40,246 bases of DNA from NCBI GenBank assembly GCA_020718925.1, contig DYRC01000003.1:1-40246 (forward strand), read 5' to 3'. The stretch is from Desulfonema limicola (GTDB lineage: Bacteria; Desulfobacterota; Desulfobacteria; Desulfobacterales; DYRC01). The position numbers and the translations under genes are program-made. The notes beneath the pieces were generated by a model. That model did no database searches and was not told the origin of the DNA. It saw nothing but the letters and a program-made list of their open reading frames with translations. How positions within the stretch are numbered: the stretch's first letter is position 1; the number at the start of each line of letters is the position of its first letter. Shown here one piece after another: positions 7,729-17,066 of the stretch.

Positions 7729-9936
7729 TTAAACCGACTTTTCGCCTTTTTTTGCCAATTCTTCCATATCTGTCTGATAAAAAAGCAATTTTGCAGAATT
7801 GCCCACCACGCCTACGGTAATCAGATTGTGAAACAACGCGCCAGCCATCGGTGAAAGCCATCCGAAAGCAGCCAGCACAATGCCTGCCAGATTCAATCCG
7901 ATAGAAATGGCATAATTCTGCTGAATCCCGGACAAAGTTCTCTGTCCCAAATCCGCACACCGGACAACCAAAGCCAGATCGCCTTGTCTGATCACAACAT
8001 CCGCATGTTCGATTGCCGCATCCGCGCCGGTGTCTCCCATTGCAACACTCAAATCCGCATGAGAAAACGCAGGCGTATCATTGATGCCGTCTCCGACCAT
8101 GCCCACAACAGTATCGGGATATTTTTCCTTCCATGAAGCAATCCATGCTGCCTTGTCTTCGGGAGATTGCTGCCAAAGCACCATGTCAATCGGCAGGTCT
8201 TTGGCAATATTGACCGCATGACGCTCATGGTCTCCGGTAATCATTGCCAGATGCTTCACATTCAAGCCTTTGAGCGCGTACAGCACTTCTTTGGCTTTTT
8301 CCTTCAGACGGTCTTCGATGCCGATCAGCCCGATCAGACGGCGGTTGAATGCCACAAACAGCACGCTTTCGCCTTTGTTGAGAATCCGCTCTTCTTCGTC
8401 ATGCCCCATTTCATGGTCAACTTCGTAATCTTCCATAAAATGATGACTGCCTACCAGAACCTCATCCCCGTTGATTTTTGCCCTGACGCCATGCCCGATA
8501 ATAAGTTCGGTTTCCTCGTGTCTTGGAATTTCGATTTCGATTTCCCGAACCTTTTCAAGCACTGCCAGCGTCATGGGATGTTTCCAATGAATCTGAGAAC
8601 TTGCTGCCAATTGCAGAATGCGGATCGGTTCGAATTGAGGATCCAGCGTAACAATTCTCGACACTCTGGGAATGCCTTTGGTCAGTGTGCCGGTTTTGTC
8701 GAAAAACAGCGTATCCATACGCCCGGCAATTTCCAGATAGCACCCGCCTTTGATCAGTATTCCCTGCCGAGCCGCATTGCCCATTGCTGCCATGATTGCC
8801 GTAGGTGTTGACAGCGCAACCCCGCAGGGACACGCGATAATCAGCATGGACAAGGCTCTGGAGATGCTTCGGGTAAGGAAAAATACTGCCATCGAAAGAC
8901 ACAGGGAAATCGGCACCACCGCATCGCTGAATTTTTCAGCAGACAACTGCACTTTGGAGATTGCGCCGTCTCCGTTTTCAATCAGGCGGATAATTGCCGC
9001 AAGCCGGGTATCTTCGCCCACAGAATCCGCTCTCACGAAAACATGCCCCATTTCCACAGTTGTTCCGGCAAATACTTTGTCGCCTTCGGTTTTGAACGCT
9101 GGCAAAGATTCGCCGGTCAGCGTGGCTTCGTTCATCAGGCAGTCTCCGCGAATGACCGTGCCGTCTGCCGGAACAGAACTGCCCATTCTCAGACTCAGAA
9201 TATCGCCTCTGACCAATTCCGATACCCGGACGGAAACTTCCACTTCATCCCTGAGTATCCACACTTCGCGGTTTTCCTGCTTCAGCATAGCACGCACGGC
9301 TTTGCGGGTTCTTTCCTGTGTTCTGTTTTCGATCCATGCGGAAAAATTGATCAGCCATACCACGACCATTGCGGTGATCGGCTCTCCCATGACAATGGAC
9401 AGATAGGACGCGCTGACAATCAGCAAGTCCATGTTCACACGCCGATCCCTGAACAGACTTTCCAGCCCGTCTTTGAGAATCGGAATGCTTAAAGCTATTG
9501 ACAATATGGCAGGAACATTGAAAATTCTGCCGATTCCCGAAAATATCCCGGAGCTTTTGTGAAAAAAGAAGCGATGTATCCACAGCCCCAGCATGTATAT
9601 CCCGGAAATTGCCAATATCGGACCCGGAACATGGGATTCTTTGCCCGAATAAGACGGACAGGATTTTTCTTTGACAGCACAAGCCCTGTTTTCCGAACCG
9701 CAGATATGCGGAAAATCTTTTTCCAGCATTGCCCGGACAGATTCCAATCCGAAATCCGCTTCATGCAGAAGAACCACCGAGCCGGTATTCAGCCGGATTT
9801 CCGCAGAAGAAATTCCGGGAATATGCACCAGTGCGTCCGATACCTGCTGTGCCAGCGATTTTTTCTGCTTCAGAGCAAGAAGTCGGATTCTGCTCCGCCG
9901 GGGCAGACGATGTTCAATATGAAACTGTTTTTTCAT
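7729..9936 (-). CDS. Heavy-metal P1B-type ATPase (FezB/FezH-like)
   Basis: R-rich N-terminus HRLPRRSRIR, TGES, CPC, DKTGT, HP, GDGIND and last-TM HNLIT. Confidence 0.9.
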   Translation of the reverse strand: MKKQFHIEHRLPRRSRIRLLALKQKKSLAQQVSDALVHIPGISSAEIRLNTGSVVLLHEADFGLESVRAMLEKDFPHICGSENRACAVKEKSCPSYSGKESHVPGPILAISGIYMLGLWIHRFFFHKSSGIFSGIGRIFNVPAILSIALSIPILKDGLESLFRDRRVNMDLLIVSASYLSIVMGEPITAMVVVWLINFSAWIENRTQERTRKAVRAMLKQENREVWILRDEVEVSVRVSELVRGDILSLRMGSSVPADGTVIRGDCLMNEATLTGESLPAFKTEGDKVFAGTTVEMGHVFVRADSVGEDTRLAAIIRLIENGDGAISKVQLSAEKFSDAVVPISLCLSMAVFFLTRSISRALSMLIIACPCGVALSTPTAIMAAMGNAARQGILIKGGCYLEIAGRMDTLFFDKTGTLTKGIPRVSRIVTLDPQFEPIRILQLAASSQIHWKHPMTLAVLEKVREIEIEIPRHEETELIIGHGVRAKINGDEVLVGSHHFMEDYEVDHEMGHDEEERILNKGESVLFVAFNRRLIGLIGIEDRLKEKAKEVLYALKGLNVKHLAMITGDHERHAVNIAKDLPIDMVLWQQSPEDKAAWIASWKEKYPDTVVGMVGDGINDTPAFSHADLSVAMGDTGADAAIEHADVVIRQGDLALVVRCADLGQRTLSGIQQNYAISIGLNLAGIVLAAFGWLSPMAGALFHNLITVGVVGNSAKLLFYQTDMEELAKKGEKSV

Positions 9937-12137
9937 GCTGTTTTTCCATTATCTCCTTTCCAAGTCAGCAGACGACTCGAATTTGCCAAAATTCCCAAAG
10001 TATGGACAATATGCAGCATACCGCCCATCAGAGGACTGAGCAGCCCCATTGCACCGAAAACCATGCCGAAAATATTGGTGGAGGTGGCAAGCCAGTAATT
10101 CTGGTCAATGACTCTGAGCGTCTGACGGCTCAACTGTCTGAGTGTGAGCAGCCGTTTCAGATCACTGTCTGTCAGGGCGATGTCTGCGGCTTCGATGGCA
10201 ACATCCGCACCGCCCGCGCCCATTGCAATTCCGACACTTGCTCTGGACAATGCCAATGCGTCATTCACGCCGTCTCCCACCATGACCACCCGGCATCCGC
10301 TGCTTTCCAGCATTTCCAGATGATACGCTTTGTCTTCCGGCAAAAGTTCTGCTTTGTAATCATCAAATCCCAGACTTTCAGCCAGATGCTTTGCCACAGG
10401 CTCGGTATCTCCGGTAATCAGATGCAGATTTTTCACCCCGTCTTTTCTGAGATATTCAAGCACACTCAGGGCATGAGGGCGAAGCGTGTTACCGACAGCG
10501 ATCAGTCCGTGAAGTGTCTGATTTTCCGCCACATAAATCAGAGTCTGCCCCATTGCCACACGCTTTTCCGCTTCTTCGGCAAAAAAGGAAATGTCAATTC
10601 CGCCCTGATTCATAAACCTGCTGTTTCCCACCATGATTTTATTGCCGTTCACCTGCGCGGTTACGCCCAATCCCAGCACAAATTCGCAGGTTACATGAGA
10701 CCTTGGCAGGATGCCCCGAATCTCCGCTTCTTTCATCACAGCTTTTGCCAAAGGATGTTCGTTATGGATTTCGGCAATCGCCGCCAGTTCCAGAACATCG
10801 TTTTCGGTTTTATCCGCTAAGAATGAAATAATTTCAGATATCTGCGGAACATCAATGGTCAGGGTTCCGGTTTTGTCAAAGCAGAAACTATCGGCTTTTC
10901 CGACCATTTCCAGATACAGCCCGCCTTTGATGAGAATATGGTTTTTGGCAGCATTGGCAATTGCCGCGCTGATTGCCGTAGAAGCCGCAAGCACGGTCGC
11001 GCACGGACATGCCATGACCAGCATGACCGTAAATGCCCGGAACGGATTAAGCGTAATCAGCAGCGTGCCGACAGTTGCAGATATGCCGATTTTGAACAGA
11101 CGTTCAGCCAGAATATCCGCCTGCTGCTCGACCGGAGCGCGGTTTTCCAAAGAATCTTCAACCAATTGCAGAATGCGGCATAAGTATGTGTCATCTCCGA
11201 CTTTTTCAGCGTGGATGAAAATAACGCCTTTCTGAACAATGGTTCCGGCAAACACAATATCGTTTTCCCCGCGCGTCTCCGCTTCCGCGCGACCCGTGAT
11301 ATGCGATTCGTCAATAATCGCCTGACCTCTGACAATCGTGCCGTCAACCGGAATTTTTTCGCCGGTATGAATCACCACCGTATCTCCGGGGTTGAGTTCA
11401 TCCGCACAGATGCGGACTTCTATGCCGTTGACAAAAATGTAGGTATCTTTTTCCGCAATCTGAAGAATCTCGCGGATGGCTTTGCGCGATTGTTCTGCCA
11501 CATAATCCTCCAGCAGCATTCCGACCCGAAGAATCCAGATCACTTCAAGCGCGGTCATGGCTTCTCCCATTGCAATGCCGAGCAGAATGGAGCAAGCAAG
11601 AAAGGGAAACAGGCTTTTGTGCCTTCCGTGGCGCAGGTCGGCGATAGCATGTCGGAACAAGGGAATGGACGCAATCAGACTGACCAGAGATGTCAGGCTG
11701 AAAATGCCCTGTGCCGCAGGAGATTTGGAAATCACCCGCCGGATAATGACATAGCCCACAAACAGGGTCAGTGCGATAATGCCGAGCAGCGAGTCGAACA
11801 AAGACTGCTTTTTCCGCTTTGTTTTTTCAGACGGATCACACTTTACGCAACTCATGGCGCACACCGAAGGCATCCGGGAAGATCGCGCCTGTTTCGGATG
11901 AATCTCCAATGCCTGTATCAGCAGTTCCCTGAGTTGTTCGGGCTTGATCTCCTTGTGTTTGTAGCACACAATCACGCTTCCCGAATGCGCCCGGACTTCA
12001 ATTTTGGTGATGCCGTTTTTCTGAGCCAGCCATTTTTCCAATGAGACTGCCCGCTCATACGCATGGAGAATCTCATTGACATTGAATCGCAGCCGCCCCG
12101 AAATAGCATGTCGGATTGTAATTCGGCTTTTTTTCAT
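9933..12137 (-). CDS. Heavy-metal P1B-type ATPase (FezB/FezH-like) with atypical actuator motif
   Basis: R-rich N-terminus RHAISGRLR, CxxxCxxC linker, TGR in place of TGE, CPC, DKTGT, EHP, GDGVND and last-TM HIVHT. Confidence 0.9.
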   Translation of the reverse strand: MKKSRITIRHAISGRLRFNVNEILHAYERAVSLEKWLAQKNGITKIEVRAHSGSVIVCYKHKEIKPEQLRELLIQALEIHPKQARSSRMPSVCAMSCVKCDPSEKTKRKKQSLFDSLLGIIALTLFVGYVIIRRVISKSPAAQGIFSLTSLVSLIASIPLFRHAIADLRHGRHKSLFPFLACSILLGIAMGEAMTALEVIWILRVGMLLEDYVAEQSRKAIREILQIAEKDTYIFVNGIEVRICADELNPGDTVVIHTGEKIPVDGTIVRGQAIIDESHITGRAEAETRGENDIVFAGTIVQKGVIFIHAEKVGDDTYLCRILQLVEDSLENRAPVEQQADILAERLFKIGISATVGTLLITLNPFRAFTVMLVMACPCATVLAASTAISAAIANAAKNHILIKGGLYLEMVGKADSFCFDKTGTLTIDVPQISEIISFLADKTENDVLELAAIAEIHNEHPLAKAVMKEAEIRGILPRSHVTCEFVLGLGVTAQVNGNKIMVGNSRFMNQGGIDISFFAEEAEKRVAMGQTLIYVAENQTLHGLIAVGNTLRPHALSVLEYLRKDGVKNLHLITGDTEPVAKHLAESLGFDDYKAELLPEDKAYHLEMLESSGCRVVMVGDGVNDALALSRASVGIAMGAGGADVAIEAADIALTDSDLKRLLTLRQLSRQTLRVIDQNYWLATSTNIFGMVFGAMGLLSPLMGGMLHIVHTLGILANSSRLLTWKGDNGKTA

Positions 12138-12292
12138 TCTGCTTTTCCATTCTTAGTCAATATGCAGTTACATGATGAACACCCGCATCCGCCGCCGCAT
12201 CTTTCGGGATTTTTTGCTGTTTTCCGAACCGTATTGGCAAGATAGAGAACAGCCATACTGATAATGAGAAAAATGACTATGTTTTCAAACAT
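12134..12292 (-). CDS. FeoB-associated Cys-rich small membrane protein (52 aa)
   Basis: MFENIVIFLIISMAVLYLA TM followed by CGGGCGCSSCNC. SD AAGGAG before the ATG at 12292, directly after feoB. Confidence 0.8.
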   Translation of the reverse strand: MFENIVIFLIISMAVLYLANTVRKTAKNPERCGGGCGCSSCNCILTKNGKAE

Positions 12293-12309
12293 TTTTTCAT
12301 CTCCTTTGC

Positions 12310-14448
12310 TTATAAAATCAGCGATCCGATCTGAAATACCAGCACCGCCAGCGTAAATGCCAGCAAAGTATTGAATATCATTGAAAACGCTCCCCATTTC
12401 CACGATCCGGCTTCTCTGGCAATACACACCACCGTTACAAAGCAGGGCGCGTAAAACATGATGAAAATAATCAGACTGAGCGCGGTCAGAGGAGACCATC
12501 CGGGAGATTTGGTAAGCATTTCTCCCAAAGAATCACTGGCTTCGGGATCAACATTTCCCATCGAATATGCCGTACCCAGTGTGGAAACCACGACTTCTTT
12601 TGCCGCAAAGCCGCCCACCAGCGCGATATTGGTGCGCCAGTCAAACCCTGCAAGCCATGAAATGCTTTCCAATGCGGTTCCTATTCTTCCGGCTATCGAA
12701 TATTTCAGCCCTGCTTCAGCCTGAGCAGCATCAATCGCAGTAAGCTTATCTTTGTCAGATTGCGCCACAGTATTGCGCTGCTGATCGAATTTCTCCGCTT
12801 CCGAATCCGGCAGTCCGGGGAATGTCATCATGCCCCATAAAACCACGGAAACCGCGAGAATCACCGTGCCTGCTTTTCTGATATACTGCCACGTTCTTTC
12901 ATAAGTATGAGTGGCAAGACCTTTGAGCGTTGGAAGCCGGTACGGCGGAAGTTCCATAACAAAGGGCGATGCTTCTCCTTTGATGACAGTCATCCGCAGA
13001 AGTTTTGCCACCAGCAGCGCGCCGCCCCATGAAATCAGCGTCAGGGCAAACATAAGCAGTCCTTTGTGATTCGGAAAAAATGCGGCAATCAGAAGGGCAA
13101 ATACCGGCAATTTCGCGCCGCAGTTCATAAACGGAGCGGTCAGAAGTGTTGCCAACTGCTCACGCGGTGATTTCAGAGTCCGGGCTGCCATAACGCCGGG
13201 AACCGCGCACCCTCCGGCAATGCCGCCGGATACGATAAATGCCATCACCGAACTGCCGTGCAGCCCGAACATGCCGAATACTTTATCAAGCATGAAAGCA
13301 ACCCGTGCCAGATAGCCGGAATCTTCAAGTGCGGCAATGCCCAGAAACATAAGCATAATCAGCGGCACAAAACTCAGAACTCCGCCCAGTCCGTCAATAA
13401 TGCCGGATATGATCAGAGATTTCAAAAGTCCGTCAGGCAGAGTTTCGGATGCCAGTCCGTTCAGCCATGCGAAAAAAGCATCCAGCCATTTCACAGGTAT
13501 TTCGCTGAATGTGAAAATGAACTGATACAGCCCGAAAAGTATCAGCAGCATTATCACGGGTCCTGCGATTCGGTGCGTCAGAACTTTGTCAATTTTATCC
13601 GATGCGTAAAGCCGGTTTTTATCGTATTTTTCCTTCAGCACGCCCTGTTTGAGAACCGAGCGGATATAGCCATAACGATAATCGGCAATCAGAGCTTCGG
13701 GATAAGTATCTGATGTGTACTGCAAATGCTCTGACACTCTTTCGACAATGCGTTCAAGTTTTGCAGACAAAACCGCATTTCTGCCCCGCCCCTTTGCCAA
13801 AAGCTGCTCGTCTTTTTCCATATATTTAAGGGCAATCCAGCGCGAAGGATAAATGTCTGTCAGAAAATTACCGGCACAGATTTCTTTTTCCATTTCGAGA
13901 ATCGCGCTGTCTATATCCTGTCCGTAAGAAATCACAAGAGGCTGCTTTTTCTCTTTTTTATCGGCAAAAGCGGCAGCAGTATCCATCAGTTCCTGTTTGC
14001 CGTATCCGGTTCTGGCGATAATCGGAACCACCGGAACGCCTAATGATTTTGAAAGCCTTTCCGCATTGATTTCTATGCCCCGATCTTTTGCCAAATCCAT
14101 CATGTTCAGGGCAATACAGACCGGGACGCCGAGTTCGAGCATCTGAATGGTCAGATACAGATTGCGTTCCAAATTGGAAGCATCCGCAATATTGATAGTT
14201 ACGTCCGGCGATTCATTGACCAGAAAATCTCTGGCAACCACTTCTTCCATCGAATACGCGGTCAGAGAATAGGTTCCGGGAAGATCGGTAATCCGCATCT
14301 TGTAACCGTTATACACACACCTGCCTTCTTTTTTTTCTACGGTAACTCCCGGATAATTGCCAACATGCTGACGCGCACCGGTCAGTTCGTTGAACAGCGT
14401 GGTTTTGCCGCAGTTGGGATTTCCGCCCAGTGCAATGGTCGTTTCCAT
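12310..14448 (-). CDS. feoB: Ferrous iron transporter FeoB
   Basis: G1 GNPNCGKT, VGNYPGVTVE, DLPG, NMMD, PFMNCGAKLP, ELPPYRLP, AAKEVVVS. Confidence 0.97.
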   Translation of the reverse strand: METTIALGGNPNCGKTTLFNELTGARQHVGNYPGVTVEKKEGRCVYNGYKMRITDLPGTYSLTAYSMEEVVARDFLVNESPDVTINIADASNLERNLYLTIQMLELGVPVCIALNMMDLAKDRGIEINAERLSKSLGVPVVPIIARTGYGKQELMDTAAAFADKKEKKQPLVISYGQDIDSAILEMEKEICAGNFLTDIYPSRWIALKYMEKDEQLLAKGRGRNAVLSAKLERIVERVSEHLQYTSDTYPEALIADYRYGYIRSVLKQGVLKEKYDKNRLYASDKIDKVLTHRIAGPVIMLLILFGLYQFIFTFSEIPVKWLDAFFAWLNGLASETLPDGLLKSLIISGIIDGLGGVLSFVPLIMLMFLGIAALEDSGYLARVAFMLDKVFGMFGLHGSSVMAFIVSGGIAGGCAVPGVMAARTLKSPREQLATLLTAPFMNCGAKLPVFALLIAAFFPNHKGLLMFALTLISWGGALLVAKLLRMTVIKGEASPFVMELPPYRLPTLKGLATHTYERTWQYIRKAGTVILAVSVVLWGMMTFPGLPDSEAEKFDQQRNTVAQSDKDKLTAIDAAQAEAGLKYSIAGRIGTALESISWLAGFDWRTNIALVGGFAAKEVVVSTLGTAYSMGNVDPEASDSLGEMLTKSPGWSPLTALSLIIFIMFYAPCFVTVVCIAREAGSWKWGAFSMIFNTLLAFTLAVLVFQIGSLIL

Positions 14449-14450
14449 AG

Positions 14451-14684
14451 TTACTGCACCTCCACCTCAATATAATCTGCCTCTTTGTTTCTTAAAGTCA
14501 GTATGAATCCTTTGATTCTCAGCGCAACCGGATCATATAGCGGCGCGCGTCCCTGAACTTTGATTTCCGTGCCGGGTACAAGCCCCATATCCCGGATCCG
14601 CCTGCCCAATTCTCCGGCAGCTTTCACAGAAGTAACGATTCCTGCCTGATTGTCCTGCATCTGTCGCATGATTAAACGAGCCAT
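14451..14684 (-). CDS. feoA: Ferrous iron transport protein FeoA
   Basis: RRIRDMGLVPGTEIKV...APLYDP...LRNKEA; immediately upstream of feoB. Confidence 0.95.
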   Translation of the reverse strand: MARLIMRQMQDNQAGIVTSVKAAGELGRRIRDMGLVPGTEIKVQGRAPLYDPVALRIKGFILTLRNKEADYIEVEVQ

Positions 14685-15688
14685 TATGATAAGCCTCCTG
14701 ATTCAGACAGTTTTTTCTTGGCAGAATATGGGCAGTTTTTGCAATTCCCGCTGCAATGATGTTTTTTGGCTTCAGGCGCAACAATCACCTTGCTTCCGTT
14801 GGGCGCGATGTCAAATCCTTTTTTTCCTTTGAAAAAGATACGATCTGCGGGCAGCAGGTTGAAATTCAGTCCGCACCGGAACGTATTACACCCGAAAGAG
14901 CAGAGATGATGCAGATGATTTGTGTCAATAAACACTCTTCCCCTGCCGTCATATTTATTATGAATAAAATTAAGCAGTTCATAAGCGGAACTCCCGTCAA
15001 AATCCCCTCTGGGCTTCAGATGAAGATCACCGTTGCTGTTTCTTGATTCGATCTGAAAATCTGCACTCATGTTTTTTCCTCCGATCACTGAAAATAACGT
15101 TTGAATTTTGTCCCTATCAGCAGATAAGGCATGAACAATGTCGGGATCGAACTGCGTCCCGGAATTTATGATAATTTCATCAACAGCCGCATCAAATGTT
15201 TTTGGCAGCCGATATGAACGACAGCCTGTCATGGCAGACAAACTATCTGCTACGGCAATGATTCTTGCGCCGAGCGGAATCGCCCTGCCTTTCAATCCGT
15301 GCGGATATCCCTGTCCGTCATAACGTTCATGGTGATAAAGCACCATCTCGCAGATACCGGCTGCCTCAATTTCCCGAACCGGACCAAGAATCGCTGCTCC
15401 GATCTGCGGATGTCTGCGTACAGCCTGCCATTCGGCATCATTCAATTTGCCTTGTTTGTTCAGAATACAATCCGGCACGCCGATTTTTCCGATGTCGTGA
15501 AGATGTCCGGCAATATGAATAATATCCGCATGATTTGTTTCCAAGCCGAGCGATAATGCTAAAATGCGGGATATTTCGGCAACTTCCAGCGAATGCTTTT
15601 CCGTGTAAGCATCTTTGGCATCAACGGCATTGCCCAGAGATTCGGCAAACTGATGAATCGCTGTCATGGATTTCGGTACGGACTTCAT
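14684..15688 (-). CDS. HD-GYP phosphodiesterase fused in frame to a STAS-like/Cys-rich domain (may be two genes)
   Basis: HS..V, LHDIGK, HP..G and HHERYDGQGYP motifs. Internal GGAGG SD plus ATG at 15070. The tail carries GDFDGSSA and HHCSGNCKNC. Confidence 0.8.
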   Translation of the reverse strand: MKSVPKSMTAIHQFAESLGNAVDAKDAYTEKHSLEVAEISRILALSLGLETNHADIIHIAGHLHDIGKIGVPDCILNKQGKLNDAEWQAVRRHPQIGAAILGPVREIEAAGICEMVLYHHERYDGQGYPHGLKGRAIPLGARIIAVADSLSAMTGCRSYRLPKTFDAAVDEIIINSGTQFDPDIVHALSADRDKIQTLFSVIGGKNMSADFQIESRNSNGDLHLKPRGDFDGSSAYELLNFIHNKYDGRGRVFIDTNHLHHLCSFGCNTFRCGLNFNLLPADRIFFKGKKGFDIAPNGSKVIVAPEAKKHHCSGNCKNCPYSAKKKLSESGGLS

Positions 15689-16941
15689 AGCTCCCTTACC
15701 GCGCCGGAAGTTGCTGCGATATTCGGTCTCTGAATCCCCTGAAATATCGCATTCAAGCCTGAGCCTGAAAGCATCTGAACCGGCTTATGGTGTTTTTTGC
15801 CCAGTTGTTTGACCAGTGTACATGCCGCATGACTGTTGCAGTTGACCGGACACAGCACGATGTCTGCCCGCCTGAGACTGCATTCAAGCTTGCCCACGCC
15901 TCCTTTGACATGCCCGTCATGGTATTCAAAGATTCCGCCGCTGCGCTCAACTACCTGACGATACAGCGATTCCATCCTGCTGATGCCGCCGACAATCAAT
16001 ACCCGCTTTCTGCACAAATCAAAGGACGGACAGCTTTGATTACAGCCATTTATTCCGCAGGACTGCATCATCATATCGTGAATTTCTTTCTGAAAATTCG
16101 ATTCCGATTCGCTCTTCCTCAGCAAATCAGTGGTTAATCGCTGATTTTCCGCTTCAAGCTTGACAATCTGCTTTGCAAACAATACGGCTTTTTCGGAAAT
16201 CCTTGTCTGATCCGCCTTTAATTTCCGGTTTTCCTTTTTCAACTCTTCAAATTCTGCATGAAGTTTCCGATCTTTTGCTGCCTCAAGCTCGGTCTCAAGC
16301 AGGATTTTCTGTTTTTCCGAAATATCCAGACGAAGTTTCAGTTCATTCGCTGCATTTTGCAGAGATTCGACTTCTTTTTGCAGAATTTTGCGATGCCTGT
16401 TTTCTTCATCTGCTTTCTCCGCAGCTTTGCGGCTTTGTTCCTGCATCAGATCGGTGCGTCTGAGCATATCCGCCCGCTCTTCGCTGTTTCTGTGCATGGA
16501 CATGTGAATATCCCCGAACACTTCCCGGCGGAATTCTTTTGACAGATTGCGGCGGGAGGCAAGATACCAGAATATTCCGATATATTCTCCGGCTTTGAAA
16601 CAGATCTGCCACTGCGCTGCCAATTCTGCTTCTGTCATGGCTGCAAATAATTCCGATTCGCGGGAAAATTTACGGACAAGCAGGCTGTCAATTTTCCGGG
16701 ATAAACGATTTTCACTTTTTGAACTGGCAACCAGAATTTCGTGCATCTCGAAAAGACTTGTTTTTTTCAAAGAAAGCCCTGATTTTTTAAGTAGTTGCTT
16801 TTGTTCGGATACGCTAAGACATATCCCTGCTATCGGGCATGAGAAAAAATCATCTGTCTCCCAAAACTTCAAACGGGCGGAGTGATCGCTCTGTGCCGTA
16901 ATTTCAGTGAAATCCGGCAGCATTTTGCCTGAATTTTGCAT
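15685..16941 (-). CDS. DUF2325-like protein with long coiled coil
   Basis: N-terminal CPIAGICL, central coiled coil, C-terminal VLIVGG...HDG...ADIVLCPVNCNSHAAC; SD AGGAGG. Confidence 0.75.
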   Translation of the reverse strand: MQNSGKMLPDFTEITAQSDHSARLKFWETDDFFSCPIAGICLSVSEQKQLLKKSGLSLKKTSLFEMHEILVASSKSENRLSRKIDSLLVRKFSRESELFAAMTEAELAAQWQICFKAGEYIGIFWYLASRRNLSKEFRREVFGDIHMSMHRNSEERADMLRRTDLMQEQSRKAAEKADEENRHRKILQKEVESLQNAANELKLRLDISEKQKILLETELEAAKDRKLHAEFEELKKENRKLKADQTRISEKAVLFAKQIVKLEAENQRLTTDLLRKSESESNFQKEIHDMMMQSCGINGCNQSCPSFDLCRKRVLIVGGISRMESLYRQVVERSGGIFEYHDGHVKGGVGKLECSLRRADIVLCPVNCNSHAACTLVKQLGKKHHKPVQMLSGSGLNAIFQGIQRPNIAATSGAVREL

Positions 16942-16959
16942 GAATACCTCCTTTCAAAT

Positions 16960-17045
16960 AAAAAAGGCGCAGCCCAAGACGGATTTATCCGTATCGAGTT
17001 ACGCCTTCACTTTTTCCGCGCTGATTCAGCCGGAAACCGTAAGAC
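16960..17045 (-). promoter_or_regulatory. Putative transcription attenuator (overlapping antiterminator and intrinsic terminator)
   Basis: Terminator hairpin 16964-17007 with U6 (16960-16965) lies just 5' of the SD. A competing hairpin at 17003-17045 shares the AAGGC strand. Confidence 0.6.
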
Positions 17046-17066
17046 ATCCCAAACTATTCAATAAAT

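Noticed and set aside
9729..10820. Long plus-strand ORFs antisense to real genes (e.g. 9729-10820, 11211-12044, 26711-27742, 5339-6058)
   Set aside because: Shadow ORFs opposite well-supported genes, with no recognisable motifs.
6760..14684. Magnetosome island (MamC-like gene plus feoAB)
   Set aside because: No core mam genes (mamA, B, E, K, M, Q) are in the window. The degQ-like gene lacks the CxxCH magnetochrome motifs of MamE.
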